A stretch of 64,000 nt of DNA, taken from the NCBI GenBank assembly GCA_000146465.1, contig CP001952.1. One strand, written 5' to 3'. Below are positions 29,580-39,437 of the stretch, in pieces. A model generated the notes under the pieces. It made no database searches. It saw only the letters and a list, made by a program, of their open reading frames with translations, and had not been told where the DNA came from. Every line of letters begins with the position of its first letter. Within the stretch, counting starts at the first letter, position 1. The translations under genes and the position numbers were made by a program.

Positions 29580-32294
29580 GTGATGAGCAATGAGGATCAT
29601 TCAAGGGAGTCGGCTCGGAAAAGGATGTCTGAATGGGACGAAGAAGTAGACCCTGGGAGGGAGAATGTAAGCAAATGGGAGATTACACCACGCACAGCAA
29701 CACAGTCGAAGAGGTTGAAATGGGATCAGACGCCCTTGGGATACATAAGGGTAGAAGACGACTTGTGGAGGAGATCCGGAATGGGCTCTGGAGCGATTTG
29801 GGACAGAGAAACCCAAGACACGGGAGGGATGGCCGAGTACTCCGAGATGTCTTTAAGAGAGATAAACATGTGTCTACCGTCGAAAGGTTACAGGAGATAC
29901 GATTTTGTCCAGACCTTTGGAAATGAAGATCCAAGCATAGCAGATTTGCCTGATATTCCAGCCGAGGAAAGAGATTTCTTCATGCCTTTACTCGAGGCTG
30001 GGGATGGGGATGAGGTTGATATATACAAGGGCATACTACTAGTGAAGAATGGAAGTAAGAAGATGAGCATCCGTGGTCTTAGGATTCTTAAAAGCAAGGA
30101 AGTGAACCATGTGCTGGAGAAAGTGCTTCTTATGGCAATGAGCCTGGAACTTGACGACAAAGATAAAGGAAAGATAGGAGGTTTACTTTATTCTCTTTTG
30201 GATGGAGTGGACATGGATGGAGTAAAGTATGTACGGGAAATATTATTTGTGGTGGGGTCATACTCCTACTTTCTTTCTCTCCGAAGGATGTGTATACCTG
30301 TACTCGCTCTTGTCTATAAGCGAGGATTTGATTTTTCAGTAAAGAGCATTGAAGGAGCTTTTGGAAGTAAGGAGGGATATGTTCGGGAGATGGCAGGACA
30401 TGTAGTGGGCACTTTTGTGGATCATTTTGGGATGGAAAGAACCCACACTCTCCTGGAATCTTTAGCAGGAAGGAAGGACACTGAGTCTAGAAGAGCCTGT
30501 GCAAAATGTATCACAGCAATCTGTGAGTTCATAGGAAGGAGAGTTGTTCCCTACCTGGGGCCAGTGCTAGGAACACTTTGTAAACTGATTACAGACAGAA
30601 ATAGATTTGTAAGAATGGATGCAGCCAACACAATGTCCTACATATCCAAGGTTGTGAGCCCGGTCAGGACTGCACAGATGGACAGTGTTTTTGAACTTCT
30701 TAAGAAGGAGATATCGAGGTCTGGAGAAATCGAGTTCAACTCTCTCTTGAATGCGATGTCGCATCTATGTTCCAATAATAAGGAGCATTCCAAGGTAGTT
30801 TTTGGCTTCCTGAAAGCTTCTAGGAAGAAAGAGATTCCAAATATTAAGGCCTTCGAGAGGATCTGCAATGAAATTGAAGCCGAAGACTCTTGGGAGTACT
30901 TTGACCAAATTTCCGGGATTCTTTTTTCCTCTAAGGGAAGAGACAATGCAAATCTGGTTATAAGCATCTGTATTAAGATTGGAAGTGAGCCTAGAGTATT
31001 CAAAAGAATTCTGGACCACTATAGCAATCCTTTGAATGCAGGAATGATCTCAAGGATATTTAGCAAAGTCCAAAAGCTGAAGTTTGAGGGAGAGGAGGTG
31101 GAGATATACTTGAGGGCCATATGTAATGCCATCCGCAGTGATGAAACTACAGCTAGTCTTGTACTTCCGCTTGCCTCTAAGATGTTTCTACAAAAGAGAC
31201 ATGTGTCGGTACTGGCATCCGAGTCATTCAAGCTTCTAAAGAATCCCTCACAGGACGTCCGAATCAGAAGTCTCAAAGCCATCGATGGCCTTGCGAAGAT
31301 CTTAGAAAGAAAAGAACTGATGCACTATGGAAACATTCTGATGGAGAATGTGGATGGAAGCGACCAGGACACACTATCCTTTGTTATTAAGGCAATATGC
31401 AGTATATACAACTCTTATCGGTTCCGGCCGGCCTCGGAGATTGTACCAACCATCCTTCCGATTCTAAAGTCCAGAGAGCAAAGGACGGTTGCATCTTGTG
31501 TGGCTCTCCTTCGCACTATATGCATGAATGCACCTGAGGAATGTGAAAAGATAAGCATGAGAGAATGGATGAGGATATCTTATGAGTTGATTGCTACACT
31601 GTCTTCCTGGAGCAAAGAGATTCGAAGGAACACCACAGTGTCACTAGGATGCATCTCCAGGATAGTTGGCCCCCAAGAGATACTGGACATCCTTATGGAC
31701 AGTCTTGAATCCGAGGACAAGAACCAAAGGGCCGGGTCCTCACTCGGGATTTCTGTGGTAGGGGAGTACAATGGGATATTTTCTATTCTCCCAACTCTCT
31801 TGGCAGACTACGGAGCACCAAGTGCCTTTGTACAACAAGGAATACTTAAGGCCATGTGCCACTTCTTCCAACAGACATATCGGGTTCCTCTCAGATATGT
31901 ATACTCGATACTCCCTATGATCGAAGATGCAATGATGGATGAGGACCCGTCATATCGAAGTCTTGGAATGGACCTTATTAGACACATAGTGTTGAACCAT
32001 TCCCCATCGACTATGGACATAGAACTTGCCATACATCTGCTCAATCTGGTCTGGGCAAACATTCTTGACCCCAGCTTGGCGGTACAACAATCCTTTGACG
32101 GATGTATGGAATCTTTTGTTACAATCCTATCCTCGCAGGCTGTATATGGATATGTGCTTCAGGGTCTTTTCCACCCCTCGAGTGCTGTAAGAAGGAGATA
32201 CCATACTGTCTTGGAAGCGATGGAGCATTTCGACAGCACCTCGCTCGCACAGTGTTTCCTTGTGGAGGAAGACCTCCTTGGTCTTGAAAAGTAA
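29580..32294 (+). CDS. SF3B1: splicing factor 3B subunit 1 (SF3B1/Hsh155), reduced
   Basis: N-terminal RLKWDQTPLG (SF3B1 RWDETP motifs), a long HEAT-repeat body, and C-terminal YVLQGLFHPSSAVRRRYHTVLEAM matching SF3B1 [21 protein letters not shown]. Confidence 0.75.
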   Translation: MMSNEDHSRESARKRMSEWDEEVDPGRENVSKWEITPRTATQSKRLKWDQTPLGYIRVEDDLWRRSGMGSGAIWDRETQDTGGMAEYSEMSLREINMCLPSKGYRRYDFVQTFGNEDPSIADLPDIPAEERDFFMPLLEAGDGDEVDIYKGILLVKNGSKKMSIRGLRILKSKEVNHVLEKVLLMAMSLELDDKDKGKIGGLLYSLLDGVDMDGVKYVREILFVVGSYSYFLSLRRMCIPVLALVYKRGFDFSVKSIEGAFGSKEGYVREMAGHVVGTFVDHFGMERTHTLLESLAGRKDTESRRACAKCITAICEFIGRRVVPYLGPVLGTLCKLITDRNRFVRMDAANTMSYISKVVSPVRTAQMDSVFELLKKEISRSGEIEFNSLLNAMSHLCSNNKEHSKVVFGFLKASRKKEIPNIKAFERICNEIEAEDSWEYFDQISGILFSSKGRDNANLVISICIKIGSEPRVFKRILDHYSNPLNAGMISRIFSKVQKLKFEGEEVEIYLRAICNAIRSDETTASLVLPLASKMFLQKRHVSVLASESFKLLKNPSQDVRIRSLKAIDGLAKILERKELMHYGNILMENVDGSDQDTLSFVIKAICSIYNSYRFRPASEIVPTILPILKSREQRTVASCVALLRTICMNAPEECEKISMREWMRISYELIATLSSWSKEIRRNTTVSLGCISRIVGPQEILDILMDSLESEDKNQRAGSSLGISVVGEYNGIFSILPTLLADYGAPSAFVQQGILKAMCHFFQQTYRVPLRYVYSILPMIEDAMMDEDPSYRSLGMDLIRHIVLNHSPSTMDIELAIHLLNLVWANILDPSLAVQQSFDGCMESFVTILSSQAVYGYVLQGLFHPSSAVRRRYHTVLEAMEHFDSTSLAQCFLVEEDLLGLEK

Positions 32295-32315
32295 ATCATT
32301 AATTTTTTATTGTCC

Positions 32316-33287
32316 TCATTCAAGGTTGTAGTGGAACGGTTCGATTACTTCTCCGTTTCTATATCCTGTTTTTGTTCGGACAAGCTTTCTAAAAATTCGA
32401 AGTGTATTTCTCTCTCTGGATATGGAAGCATCGATCTTTTCGTTGTACTCGCCCTCGGTATATCCAAAGGGTAGCTCTGCTAGGAATTTCTTGTCTACAG
32501 AAGATATGTTTTCATTGATTATAACGTGTGATCTATTGAAGTCTTTTCTGTTGGAATACTTTATTCCTTCCACGACATTTCTTATGGTATTACTCTTTGT
32601 TTTGACAATCTCCAACCCTGGACCTGCCCATTCTCCCCATCCAGGAAGGACAGTCTCCTCTATTCTTGGCGCTTCCTTCTCCACAGTCTCTGCCTTTTCC
32701 TTTATAAAGGCTTTTTCGTTCTCCTCCATATCATCCTTAAATGCAAGCCTTACAAGTTTCTCCTGGCCGTCTTCCTCTTCCTCATCTCCCCCAAAGCTGA
32801 GTATGGGTGTCTTCTCATCCTCAGGTTCTTCTATCTCCTTGAGGAGTATGTCTGGAATGCGTTTTTGTCTTTCGTCCTCATGAACATCCTCCCCTTCTTT
32901 TTCTTCTCCTGCCTCCTTGCTCTTAAGTTTGCTCTGTCTTCGGATACGCCTATATGTCTTGCTTTTTATTCTTTTGATCCTTCTCATCTTCTTATCAAAC
33001 TCATACTTGAGGTTCTTTTCAAAGACTATTGCCCTTGATTCCTTCTTTCTTTCTCCATGAAGAATCCTGTCCATAGACTTCTCCAAATTCGTCGACGGAA
33101 TAATCTCATAGAAATCCTCGTCTTTCTTCTTCGCCATCTTCCTTCGGCCTTGCTCAATTGCATCAAAGGCTTCTTCTCTTACCGCTGCATACACAGATTC
33201 CTTGTTCTCCTCAAGCTCTCCAATATCAATCCTATCTCCCTCCTCAAACTTAACAAGATCTGCAACTGAAATTTTATTAACCACCAT
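32316..33287 (-). CDS. UTP14: U3 snoRNP / SSU processome protein UTP14 (reduced)
   Basis: C-terminal LPGWGEWAGPG (UTP14 PGWGSW motif) and a lysine/glutamate-rich middle region. The start is taken at MVVNKISVADL (33287). The longest ORF would overlap Psf3. Confidence 0.5.
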   Translation of the reverse strand: MVVNKISVADLVKFEEGDRIDIGELEENKESVYAAVREEAFDAIEQGRRKMAKKKDEDFYEIIPSTNLEKSMDRILHGERKKESRAIVFEKNLKYEFDKKMRRIKRIKSKTYRRIRRQSKLKSKEAGEEKEGEDVHEDERQKRIPDILLKEIEEPEDEKTPILSFGGDEEEEDGQEKLVRLAFKDDMEENEKAFIKEKAETVEKEAPRIEETVLPGWGEWAGPGLEIVKTKSNTIRNVVEGIKYSNRKDFNRSHVIINENISSVDKKFLAELPFGYTEGEYNEKIDASISRERNTLRIFRKLVRTKTGYRNGEVIEPFHYNLE

Positions 33288-33344
33288 GGGCTCTGGAGAT
33301 GGCCCATAGATCAATTTTTCCAAGGATCCAATCCCAGACAGCCC

Positions 33345-33824
33345 ATGGAATACTACGACCCCGACGATATCCTTCTGAACGAAACAAGAATACAGGTTGT
33401 ATTCAAGCACAAGGTGCAGAACTTCGGATTTCTTGGACAGAGATCCAGGATCCTTCCAGAAAACAAGAAGGTGGAGGTCCCATACTTCCTTGTAGCCTTT
33501 CTTCTGAAAAACGACCATTGTAAGCTGGCCGAGGGCTTCCCAGATAAGTCCCTGCTGGAGGATATAAGCGCCAAGCCTGGAGTAATTGACCTGAGGTCGG
33601 TGTGTCCTTACTTCTTCTACTTGCACTCCATTCTTCTCAAAGAGGAAGTGTCTCTGCCGGAGTTCTTCTATGAAAGAATAGGAGACCATTCTTCTCTAGT
33701 TCTCAAGAAGGCGTTTTCCGAAGATGATGTATGGAGGTTGGACGTGATTGAAAGAGGTCTTATTGTACGCAGCAGGAGAACTTTCCAGAGATTTCATAAC
33801 TTCCTTATCTTGGGTCATAACTAG
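33345..33824 (+). CDS. GINS complex subunit Psf3-like
   Basis: YYDPDDILLNETRIQV...VEVPYFLVAFLLKN...AKPGVIDLRSVCPYFFY parallels Psf3 YFSLDDIL...LELPLWLAKGL...ADPNVVDLHKMGPHFY. Confidence 0.5.
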   Translation: MEYYDPDDILLNETRIQVVFKHKVQNFGFLGQRSRILPENKKVEVPYFLVAFLLKNDHCKLAEGFPDKSLLEDISAKPGVIDLRSVCPYFFYLHSILLKEEVSLPEFFYERIGDHSSLVLKKAFSEDDVWRLDVIERGLIVRSRRTFQRFHNFLILGHN

Positions 33825-33857
33825 AGGCTGGCCCAAGCAGTACGCCGGTGCCACCCA

Positions 33858-34739
33858 ATGATAAAATATTTCGAAAATTATTTGGCCATGATAAAATACG
33901 AATGTAGGCTCCACTCCAGGAAGTATCCCCGAGAGGGAGAAATAGTCATGGGAAGGGTTGTGTCCATAGGGGGAGAAGGCTTGACCTTGAATCTCCTAGA
34001 GTATGGAGATCTAGAAGGACTAGTTCTTCTGGGAGAGTTGTCGAAAAGAAGGGTGAAGAGCATACAGCATGTGACCAAGATTGGGAACATCGAGATATGC
34101 AATGTCCTGAAGGTGGATGAGCAAAAGGGATACATAGACCTGAGCATGTCGAAGGTCACAGAAAGCGAGAAGTCCGAATGCAAGGAGACGAGTGCAAAGA
34201 ATAAGCTTGCATACCATATCATGCTCAAGGCTGCAAAGAAGTTAGGGATGGAAGTATCAGAGCTGTATGAAAAGATGGGATATGACAAAGAGGAAGAGTT
34301 TGGGTCATTGTACTACTTCTTTGCAAGGGTTAAGGATAACGGAGACATCATAGAAGATGATGAGGTAGGGCTAACAATTAAGAGCTTGATTCGAGAGCAG
34401 TTCCAGGCTTCTACATATAAAGTGCGTGCGGATATAGATGTTGTGTGTTCGTCTCGAGGAGGGATAATCTCGATAAAGAAGGTCTTCGATGATGCTTTGA
34501 AGCTGGATCCAAGGCTTGAGTTTTGTCTGATCAAGACACCTACATATTCAGTGACACGTGTATCCAGCAATAAGGACAAGGCCTATGAAGTGGTGAGAGA
34601 GGCATGCGACATTCTAATTTCAAACATCAAGAAGGAGGGGGGAACTGCCTCTGTGGTAAGCCAACCAAAGCTGTATGGAGAGAAGTCAAGATACAACCTG
34701 TTGAACTTTGAGGAAAATGAGATTTCTTCTTCCGAGTAA
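33858..34739 (+). CDS. SUI2: translation initiation factor eIF2 alpha subunit
   Basis: CRLHSRKYPREGEIVMGRVVSIGGEGLTLNLLEYGDLEGLVLLGELSKRRVKSIQHVTKIGNIEICNVLKVDEQKGYIDLSMSKV matches the eIF2-alpha S1 domain including the KRRVKSIQ regulatory region. Confidence 0.85.
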   Translation: MIKYFENYLAMIKYECRLHSRKYPREGEIVMGRVVSIGGEGLTLNLLEYGDLEGLVLLGELSKRRVKSIQHVTKIGNIEICNVLKVDEQKGYIDLSMSKVTESEKSECKETSAKNKLAYHIMLKAAKKLGMEVSELYEKMGYDKEEEFGSLYYFFARVKDNGDIIEDDEVGLTIKSLIREQFQASTYKVRADIDVVCSSRGGIISIKKVFDDALKLDPRLEFCLIKTPTYSVTRVSSNKDKAYEVVREACDILISNIKKEGGTASVVSQPKLYGEKSRYNLLNFEENEISSSE

Positions 34740-34751
34740 AATCTTGTCTTT

Positions 34752-35000
34752 TTGCAACCAGACTACAAAGAATCTCTTTATTGCCCTTCTATGAACAAGA
34801 AGTTTATGTCCAGTGGGGTATTCCAGTTTCTGGACGAGGTTTACGAGCAGGATGGGCCTTTGGTAAGATATGGTGTCCTTGTGGGGAAGGGAGAGCTGAT
34901 CTTTGATGAGACATTGATTACAAACAGGACAACCTTATACAATGTCCTCAAGAAGACGGAAAAGGGAAGATATTCCTCGGATGGGCTGATGGATTGGTAA
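34752..35000 (+). CDS. hypothetical small protein (82 aa)
   Basis: ORF only. It starts 13 nt after the eIF2-alpha stop and ends 37 nt before the Snu13 stop. Confidence 0.3.
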   Translation: MQPDYKESLYCPSMNKKFMSSGVFQFLDEVYEQDGPLVRYGVLVGKGELIFDETLITNRTTLYNVLKKTEKGRYSSDGLMDW

Positions 35001-35036
35001 GGAGTGATTTATTAGAAATATGATCTATTCCAGCAA

Positions 35037-35366
35037 TCAAGCAAGTGTCTCGAGCACTTTGGCGAGCATGTCGCTTCCATCCATCTCGAGAAAGACACAG
35101 GTGAATCCGTTTGGAAGGGAAACCTTCCGCCTTACAAAGACATACTTAATGCCTCTGTCTTCACAGACTGCAGGAAGGTGTGTGATGAGGTCCATGGGTG
35201 TTGTGTCTGCCGTTAGGACCAGCAAGCCTCTTGACCCCTCTAAAATGCGTTTTTGGCACTTCTTGATTCCTGTGGACAGAACTCCTCTTTCTGCCTGGTC
35301 TCTTACAAGGCTGGCTATCATCTCTGTGGTGGACTCTGATGCTATTGGGCTTGCTATTGGAATCAT
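35037..35366 (-). CDS. SNU13: L7Ae-family RNA-binding protein (Snu13/Nhp2-like)
   Basis: KKCQKRILEGSRGLLVLTADTTPMDLITHLPAVCEDRGIKYVFVRRKVSLPNGF matches Snu13 [60 protein letters not shown]. Confidence 0.6.
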   Translation of the reverse strand: MIPIASPIASESTTEMIASLVRDQAERGVLSTGIKKCQKRILEGSRGLLVLTADTTPMDLITHLPAVCEDRGIKYVFVRRKVSLPNGFTCVFLEMDGSDMLAKVLETLA

Positions 35367-35435
35367 CTCTGGGCAAATTTTTGCGGCAAAATATGAATGC
35401 AGGACATGATATATGTAAGGAGAAGGAGCCCCTGA

Positions 35436-36344
35436 ATGGGGGGAAAGAACTTCATGACGTCCAAAGAAAAGGACTACGTTGCCGAGTGCCTCAAAAGAAA
35501 TATGAGATACTTTCGATCCGACATCGACTATGCAGTGCTTTTTCGAGAGGGGGAAGAGAAGATTGAGGTGAAGTGTGATGATGGAGAGCCAAAGAGAAGT
35601 GTTAACCTGATATTTGGAAAGGAGAATAAGAAGTCTTCAAGGAGGCCAAGGCCGTTCTGTGGGGTGGAAGTGGAGAACATCAGGGAGCCGATGCGGGATA
35701 TGTTTCTGCTTGAGGAGCTGATTGATTTGTACACAGCCAGGAGATATTGCAAACTCTCCCCAGAGGATCTCCGGGAGAATATCGAAATGTTCCGGGAGAA
35801 ACTTCTTTGTAAGTTTGACGTGTTTATCTCTATCGCAAAGTTTGTTAGTTTTCTCGGGGAGTATTTTCCTTTTGCAGAGGAAGAGGAGAAGAAGGAGGTT
35901 GTAGTTTTGCTTCTAAGAACATTCCATCTAGTCAAGGATGTTCCTTCGTTCTATAATTCTATTGGGTCTTTAGCCGGGTGTATGCCCCAGGTTTCCGAGG
36001 CTGAGTTGGAGGAGGGATTTGTTTCTACATTCCTTTTCTTTCCAAGCGGGTTGATCCTGGCCACTCTACTGCTTATCCAAAACGAGGCCTTGTGTGGTGT
36101 ATTTTATGAGGCTATTATCAAGGAGTCTGGTTGGTCCTTTACAAAGAGCAAGCATGGATGGCAGTTTCTTTCTGTTATGATTTCGATTGCAGATGAAGAA
36201 AAACAAAAGTCTATTGTGAGAAAAGCAAGACCTTACCTATCGGAGGTATCCAAGGAACCCGAGAGTGATGAGGCAAAGGGTGCAAGATTGTTTTTAGAAG
36301 CGATAGGCATCGACATGGAAGACCTTAGATGTTGGGGCGAATGA
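35436..36344 (+). CDS. hypothetical protein (302 aa)
   Basis: Long ORF bounded by neighbouring genes. No family recognised. Confidence 0.4.
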   Translation: MGGKNFMTSKEKDYVAECLKRNMRYFRSDIDYAVLFREGEEKIEVKCDDGEPKRSVNLIFGKENKKSSRRPRPFCGVEVENIREPMRDMFLLEELIDLYTARRYCKLSPEDLRENIEMFREKLLCKFDVFISIAKFVSFLGEYFPFAEEEEKKEVVVLLLRTFHLVKDVPSFYNSIGSLAGCMPQVSEAELEEGFVSTFLFFPSGLILATLLLIQNEALCGVFYEAIIKESGWSFTKSKHGWQFLSVMISIADEEKQKSIVRKARPYLSEVSKEPESDEAKGARLFLEAIGIDMEDLRCWGE

Positions 36345-36397
36345 TGGGATGGGTTTGGAACATGATGTTTAGAGATAAATTCCTACAGGTGACTTAT

Positions 36398-37387
36398 TTA
36401 ATCGTCGTTTTTCCTTTTACAGAGGCTAGATTCGTCTTCTTTGGGATTGAAGTTGCGAAGCGGTGCATTCGAGGCATCCTTGCAGGATCTGTCTTTAAGA
36501 TATTCATCCTTAACAATTTGGTCTATAGTTATTCTGTTTGAAGGGTCAAGACAGAGCATCCTACTGATTATCTGAACTGCCGACTCGTCGTGGCTTTCAA
36601 TGATTTTTTCAATCCTTCGGGGAGATTGGGGAAGCCTGAAGTTGCGGAAGCCGGGAAGATTCTGCACGCCTGGATAGCTATTCTCGTTAATGGATCCACA
36701 GGCATGTATGATCATCTCCAGCTGTGAAATCTCTGTATTTCCCTGGAATATCATGTATCCCAGATACATTTCCGTCAATATACAGCCCAATGACCAGATA
36801 TCCACAGCATAGGTGTAGTTATAAGATCCTAGAAGGATCTCTGGAGGTCTATACCATAAGGTCACTGTTCCCGGGGTATGCATGCCTGCCTTTGCCACAT
36901 ATCTTGCCATTCCAAAGTCTGCAATGGCGGCATTCAGCTTATGGTCTAAAAGAATATTCGCACTCTTTAGGTCTCTGTGCATAATCCCCTTGTTGTGAAT
37001 GTACCACACACCTTTGGCAATCTGATGGAATATATGCTTGACCTCTTCGGGTGCTAGTCTGTTGTTTCTTATGAATCTATTTAAATCATATGGAAAGTAC
37101 GGAAACACCATGTAGACATCTCCTCCAGGCTCAACCACCATCTCCATGAGTCTTATTATGCTTGGATGGCTCATTGCTCGAAGGACTTGAATTTCCCGGA
37201 TTGTTGTCACTGGTATTCCTTCTTTCTCTTTGGTTACCTTCTTCAGTGCATATCTAGCCCTTCCCTTCCTTGCAAGAATGACTTGGCCAAAGGTCCCCTC
37301 TCCTATGACCCTTATCTTCTCATAGCTCATTTCTGTTACAGTGAACCTCTTGTGTGCTAAGATTTCCCCCTCTTCTGGTAACTCCAT
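36398..37387 (-). CDS. cyclin-dependent kinase, PITAIRE-type (CDK9/CDK12/Ctk1-like)
   Basis: IGEGTFGQV, KEGIPVTTIREIQVL (PITAIRE-like), HRDLKSANILL, DFGMAR and GTVTLWYRPPEILLG. The start is taken at MELPEEGE. The longest ORF (to 37456) overlaps DCP1. Confidence 0.8.
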   Translation of the reverse strand: MELPEEGEILAHKRFTVTEMSYEKIRVIGEGTFGQVILARKGRARYALKKVTKEKEGIPVTTIREIQVLRAMSHPSIIRLMEMVVEPGGDVYMVFPYFPYDLNRFIRNNRLAPEEVKHIFHQIAKGVWYIHNKGIMHRDLKSANILLDHKLNAAIADFGMARYVAKAGMHTPGTVTLWYRPPEILLGSYNYTYAVDIWSLGCILTEMYLGYMIFQGNTEISQLEMIIHACGSINENSYPGVQNLPGFRNFRLPQSPRRIEKIIESHDESAVQIISRMLCLDPSNRITIDQIVKDEYLKDRSCKDASNAPLRNFNPKEDESSLCKRKNDD

Positions 37388-37415
37388 CGCTTGGGTGGAG
37401 GAGCAATAAGTTTTA

Positions 37416-37805
37416 TTGTTAGAAGCGCCCCAAATGCTAGGGGAGAAAGAGGGCAAAATCTTAATGAGGGAGGTTAGGAAGACAGATCAATCTCTCAGGG
37501 ACCTTTTATATGTGTCTAACTTTGTCTCTGTGTACTACTATACTGATGGGAATTGGGATAAGGCAGGAATTGAAGGGACGTTTGTGATGTATAGCAGGGA
37601 ATGCTACCCTCTGGTTGGAATACATGTTTTTAATAGGAAAGATCTGAAAGACTTTTCCCTTTACTTATCAAAGGAGCTATCCTTCGGGATAAAAGGAAAT
37701 CTTATGACAATAACCGAACAAGAGGAAAACAGAATCCATGGCCTTTGGTTCCACAACGATGTCCATCCCAAGGCGATTCTGGAGTGTCTAGAAAGTTCTC
37801 TGTAA
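37416..37805 (+). CDS. DCP1: mRNA-decapping enzyme subunit DCP1 (EVH1 domain)
   Basis: VSVYYYTDGNWDKAGIEGTFVMYSRECYPLVGIHVFNR...IHGLWFHNDVHPKAILECLES parallels Dcp1 VALYTFSHKANEWEKTDVEGTLFVYTRSASPKHGFTIMNR...IYGIWFYDKEECQRIAELM. Confidence 0.55.
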   Translation: MLEAPQMLGEKEGKILMREVRKTDQSLRDLLYVSNFVSVYYYTDGNWDKAGIEGTFVMYSRECYPLVGIHVFNRKDLKDFSLYLSKELSFGIKGNLMTITEQEENRIHGLWFHNDVHPKAILECLESSL

Positions 37806-37875
37806 TTACTGTCCATGCCGGCTTTTACCCCATGAGCCCCTACCCAATAATTAAAGCTGAATACCATAGCCCTGA

Positions 37876-38511
37876 ATGGCAATTCTTTATACGCAGATAA
37901 TAAAGCTTCCAGACTATAGGATTCTTTCAGGAGAGTATTCGCCTCAGAGCAACTCCCTTAGACCGGGAAACGACATAGTCAAAGAGTTGAGAAACACCAT
38001 TAAGTCGATCCCAGGTAGTGGGACTTCGTCTTTTTACACATTCAACTCTTTGGACACAAGATTTGTCTTCTACTTCAAGGTCCATACTGGGATTGTTTTT
38101 GCAGTGATAAGCGACAGGTACACCTCTTCAAAACTGGCATCCGAGTATATGGATCTGGTTGTGGAAGGCTTTGCGAAGATATATGTGGATAACCCAAAGA
38201 CAACATACTACACTTTTGACCCCACAATCAAAGCCATGTCTGACAGGTTCAACAGAGACTCAAACTATGCCCAGGGAATGGCAGTTGTTGAGGAAACTAA
38301 GGGACTTCTGGCGGAATCTCTCAACATGATAATTAAGAGAGACGAGAACATAAACAACTTGAAAGGTCTTGCAAGCAGGATGACTGTCGAGGCACAGATG
38401 ATGCAGAAGAACATTCAGAGGATGCATCTAAAGAGTATGTTGAACGACTACTGGATCTATGTAGTGTTTGCAGTTCTGATTATTCTCTTTGTGTACTATA
38501 TAGCCCATTAA
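37876..38511 (+). CDS. longin-domain R-SNARE (Sec22-like)
   Basis: N-terminal longin-like domain, a SNARE heptad region (NLKGLASRMTVEAQMMQKNIQRM) and a C-terminal TM (YWIYVVFAVLIILFVYYIAH). Confidence 0.6.
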   Translation: MAILYTQIIKLPDYRILSGEYSPQSNSLRPGNDIVKELRNTIKSIPGSGTSSFYTFNSLDTRFVFYFKVHTGIVFAVISDRYTSSKLASEYMDLVVEGFAKIYVDNPKTTYYTFDPTIKAMSDRFNRDSNYAQGMAVVEETKGLLAESLNMIIKRDENINNLKGLASRMTVEAQMMQKNIQRMHLKSMLNDYWIYVVFAVLIILFVYYIAH

Positions 38512-38578
38512 ATTAGTCTTGTCTAAGCTATGGTTTCTGATTTCAATGAGAAATCTTGTCTGATCTTTCCCTTGAACA

Positions 38579-39073
38579 ATGGAGATCGGAAGTCCGAGGA
38601 AGGAGGAACAAGCTACGGCCGGAGAGAATTTGAATGGAGAATCTGGGGCAAGGGAAAGAGAGGGCCAGTCAATGCGAAAGGCCAGGGGTTCGGATGTTCC
38701 CCAGGTGCTGGAGTCTCAGTCGTGTGCAGCAAGAGAATGTGCAAGAGATGAGATAAGAAAGTTTGTTAGGGTTCCTGTAGAGGTGGACACGGTCGGAGGA
38801 AAGCCATTGATGTTTACAATGTGGGCATCGGAAGAGAAGCCTATCCACAAAAAGAAGCATGCCACAGAGGCGTACCGGGATGTTTTTGGATGCGAGTCTT
38901 GTGAAGGGGTGTTTGACTCCTTCAAGAAGCTGGAGCTTCACAGGGCTCTTCACAAGGGTTCCTCTGATGTGCCCAATCCCCTTTTCTGTCCTGTTTGCAA
39001 GAAAACATTTGACGAAAAGCGTAAGCTGATGCTCCACTCCAGGTATCACAAGATAAACAAGGACGGAGAATAA
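38579..39073 (+). CDS. C2H2 zinc-finger protein
   Basis: Two C2H2 fingers: FGCESCEGVFDSFKKLELHRALH and FCPVCKKTFDEKRKLMLHSRYH. The N-terminal region is low complexity. Confidence 0.55.
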   Translation: MEIGSPRKEEQATAGENLNGESGAREREGQSMRKARGSDVPQVLESQSCAARECARDEIRKFVRVPVEVDTVGGKPLMFTMWASEEKPIHKKKHATEAYRDVFGCESCEGVFDSFKKLELHRALHKGSSDVPNPLFCPVCKKTFDEKRKLMLHSRYHKINKDGE

Positions 39074-39086
39074 ACTGTGAAATGTC

Positions 39087-39407
39087 TTGAATGCTTATAT
39101 TGGCTTATGGTGGGGTTTATGCCACGCTATGGGAAACGACTTTGAGGAAGGAGTTGAGGACATTGTTAGAGAGCTCTTCTTCATAGAAGAGCGTATGGAT
39201 CCAGAACTCCCACTCATATTTCAAGAAAAGACCAAGGAGCTGGAAGAAGAACCGGAAGAAATATGCTGCATATGTCTCGAGTACATTAAAGGGTCGCAAG
39301 CATTGCTTGTATGTAGACATTCCTTTCACCTGACGTGCATTTATTCATGGTTGGACACAAAGAGAGTATGTCCAAGCTGTAGAATGGCAATAAAATGGGA
39401 AGAGTAA
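39087..39407 (+). CDS. RING-H2 finger protein (putative E3 ubiquitin ligase)
   Basis: CCICLEYIKGSQALLVCRHSFHLTCIYSWLDTKRVCPSCR has C3H2C3 spacing. Confidence 0.6.
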   Translation: MNAYIGLWWGLCHAMGNDFEEGVEDIVRELFFIEERMDPELPLIFQEKTKELEEEPEEICCICLEYIKGSQALLVCRHSFHLTCIYSWLDTKRVCPSCRMAIKWEE

Positions 39408-39437
39408 GGTCTCTCTTCCCCTAAACAAGCCCTTTAA

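Noticed and set aside
34996-35036. GTAAGG overlapping the stop of the 82-aa ORF (tggTAAgg)
   Set aside because: Only 37 nt remain before the convergent Snu13 gene, which leaves no room for a downstream exon. There is no TTAATTT element either.
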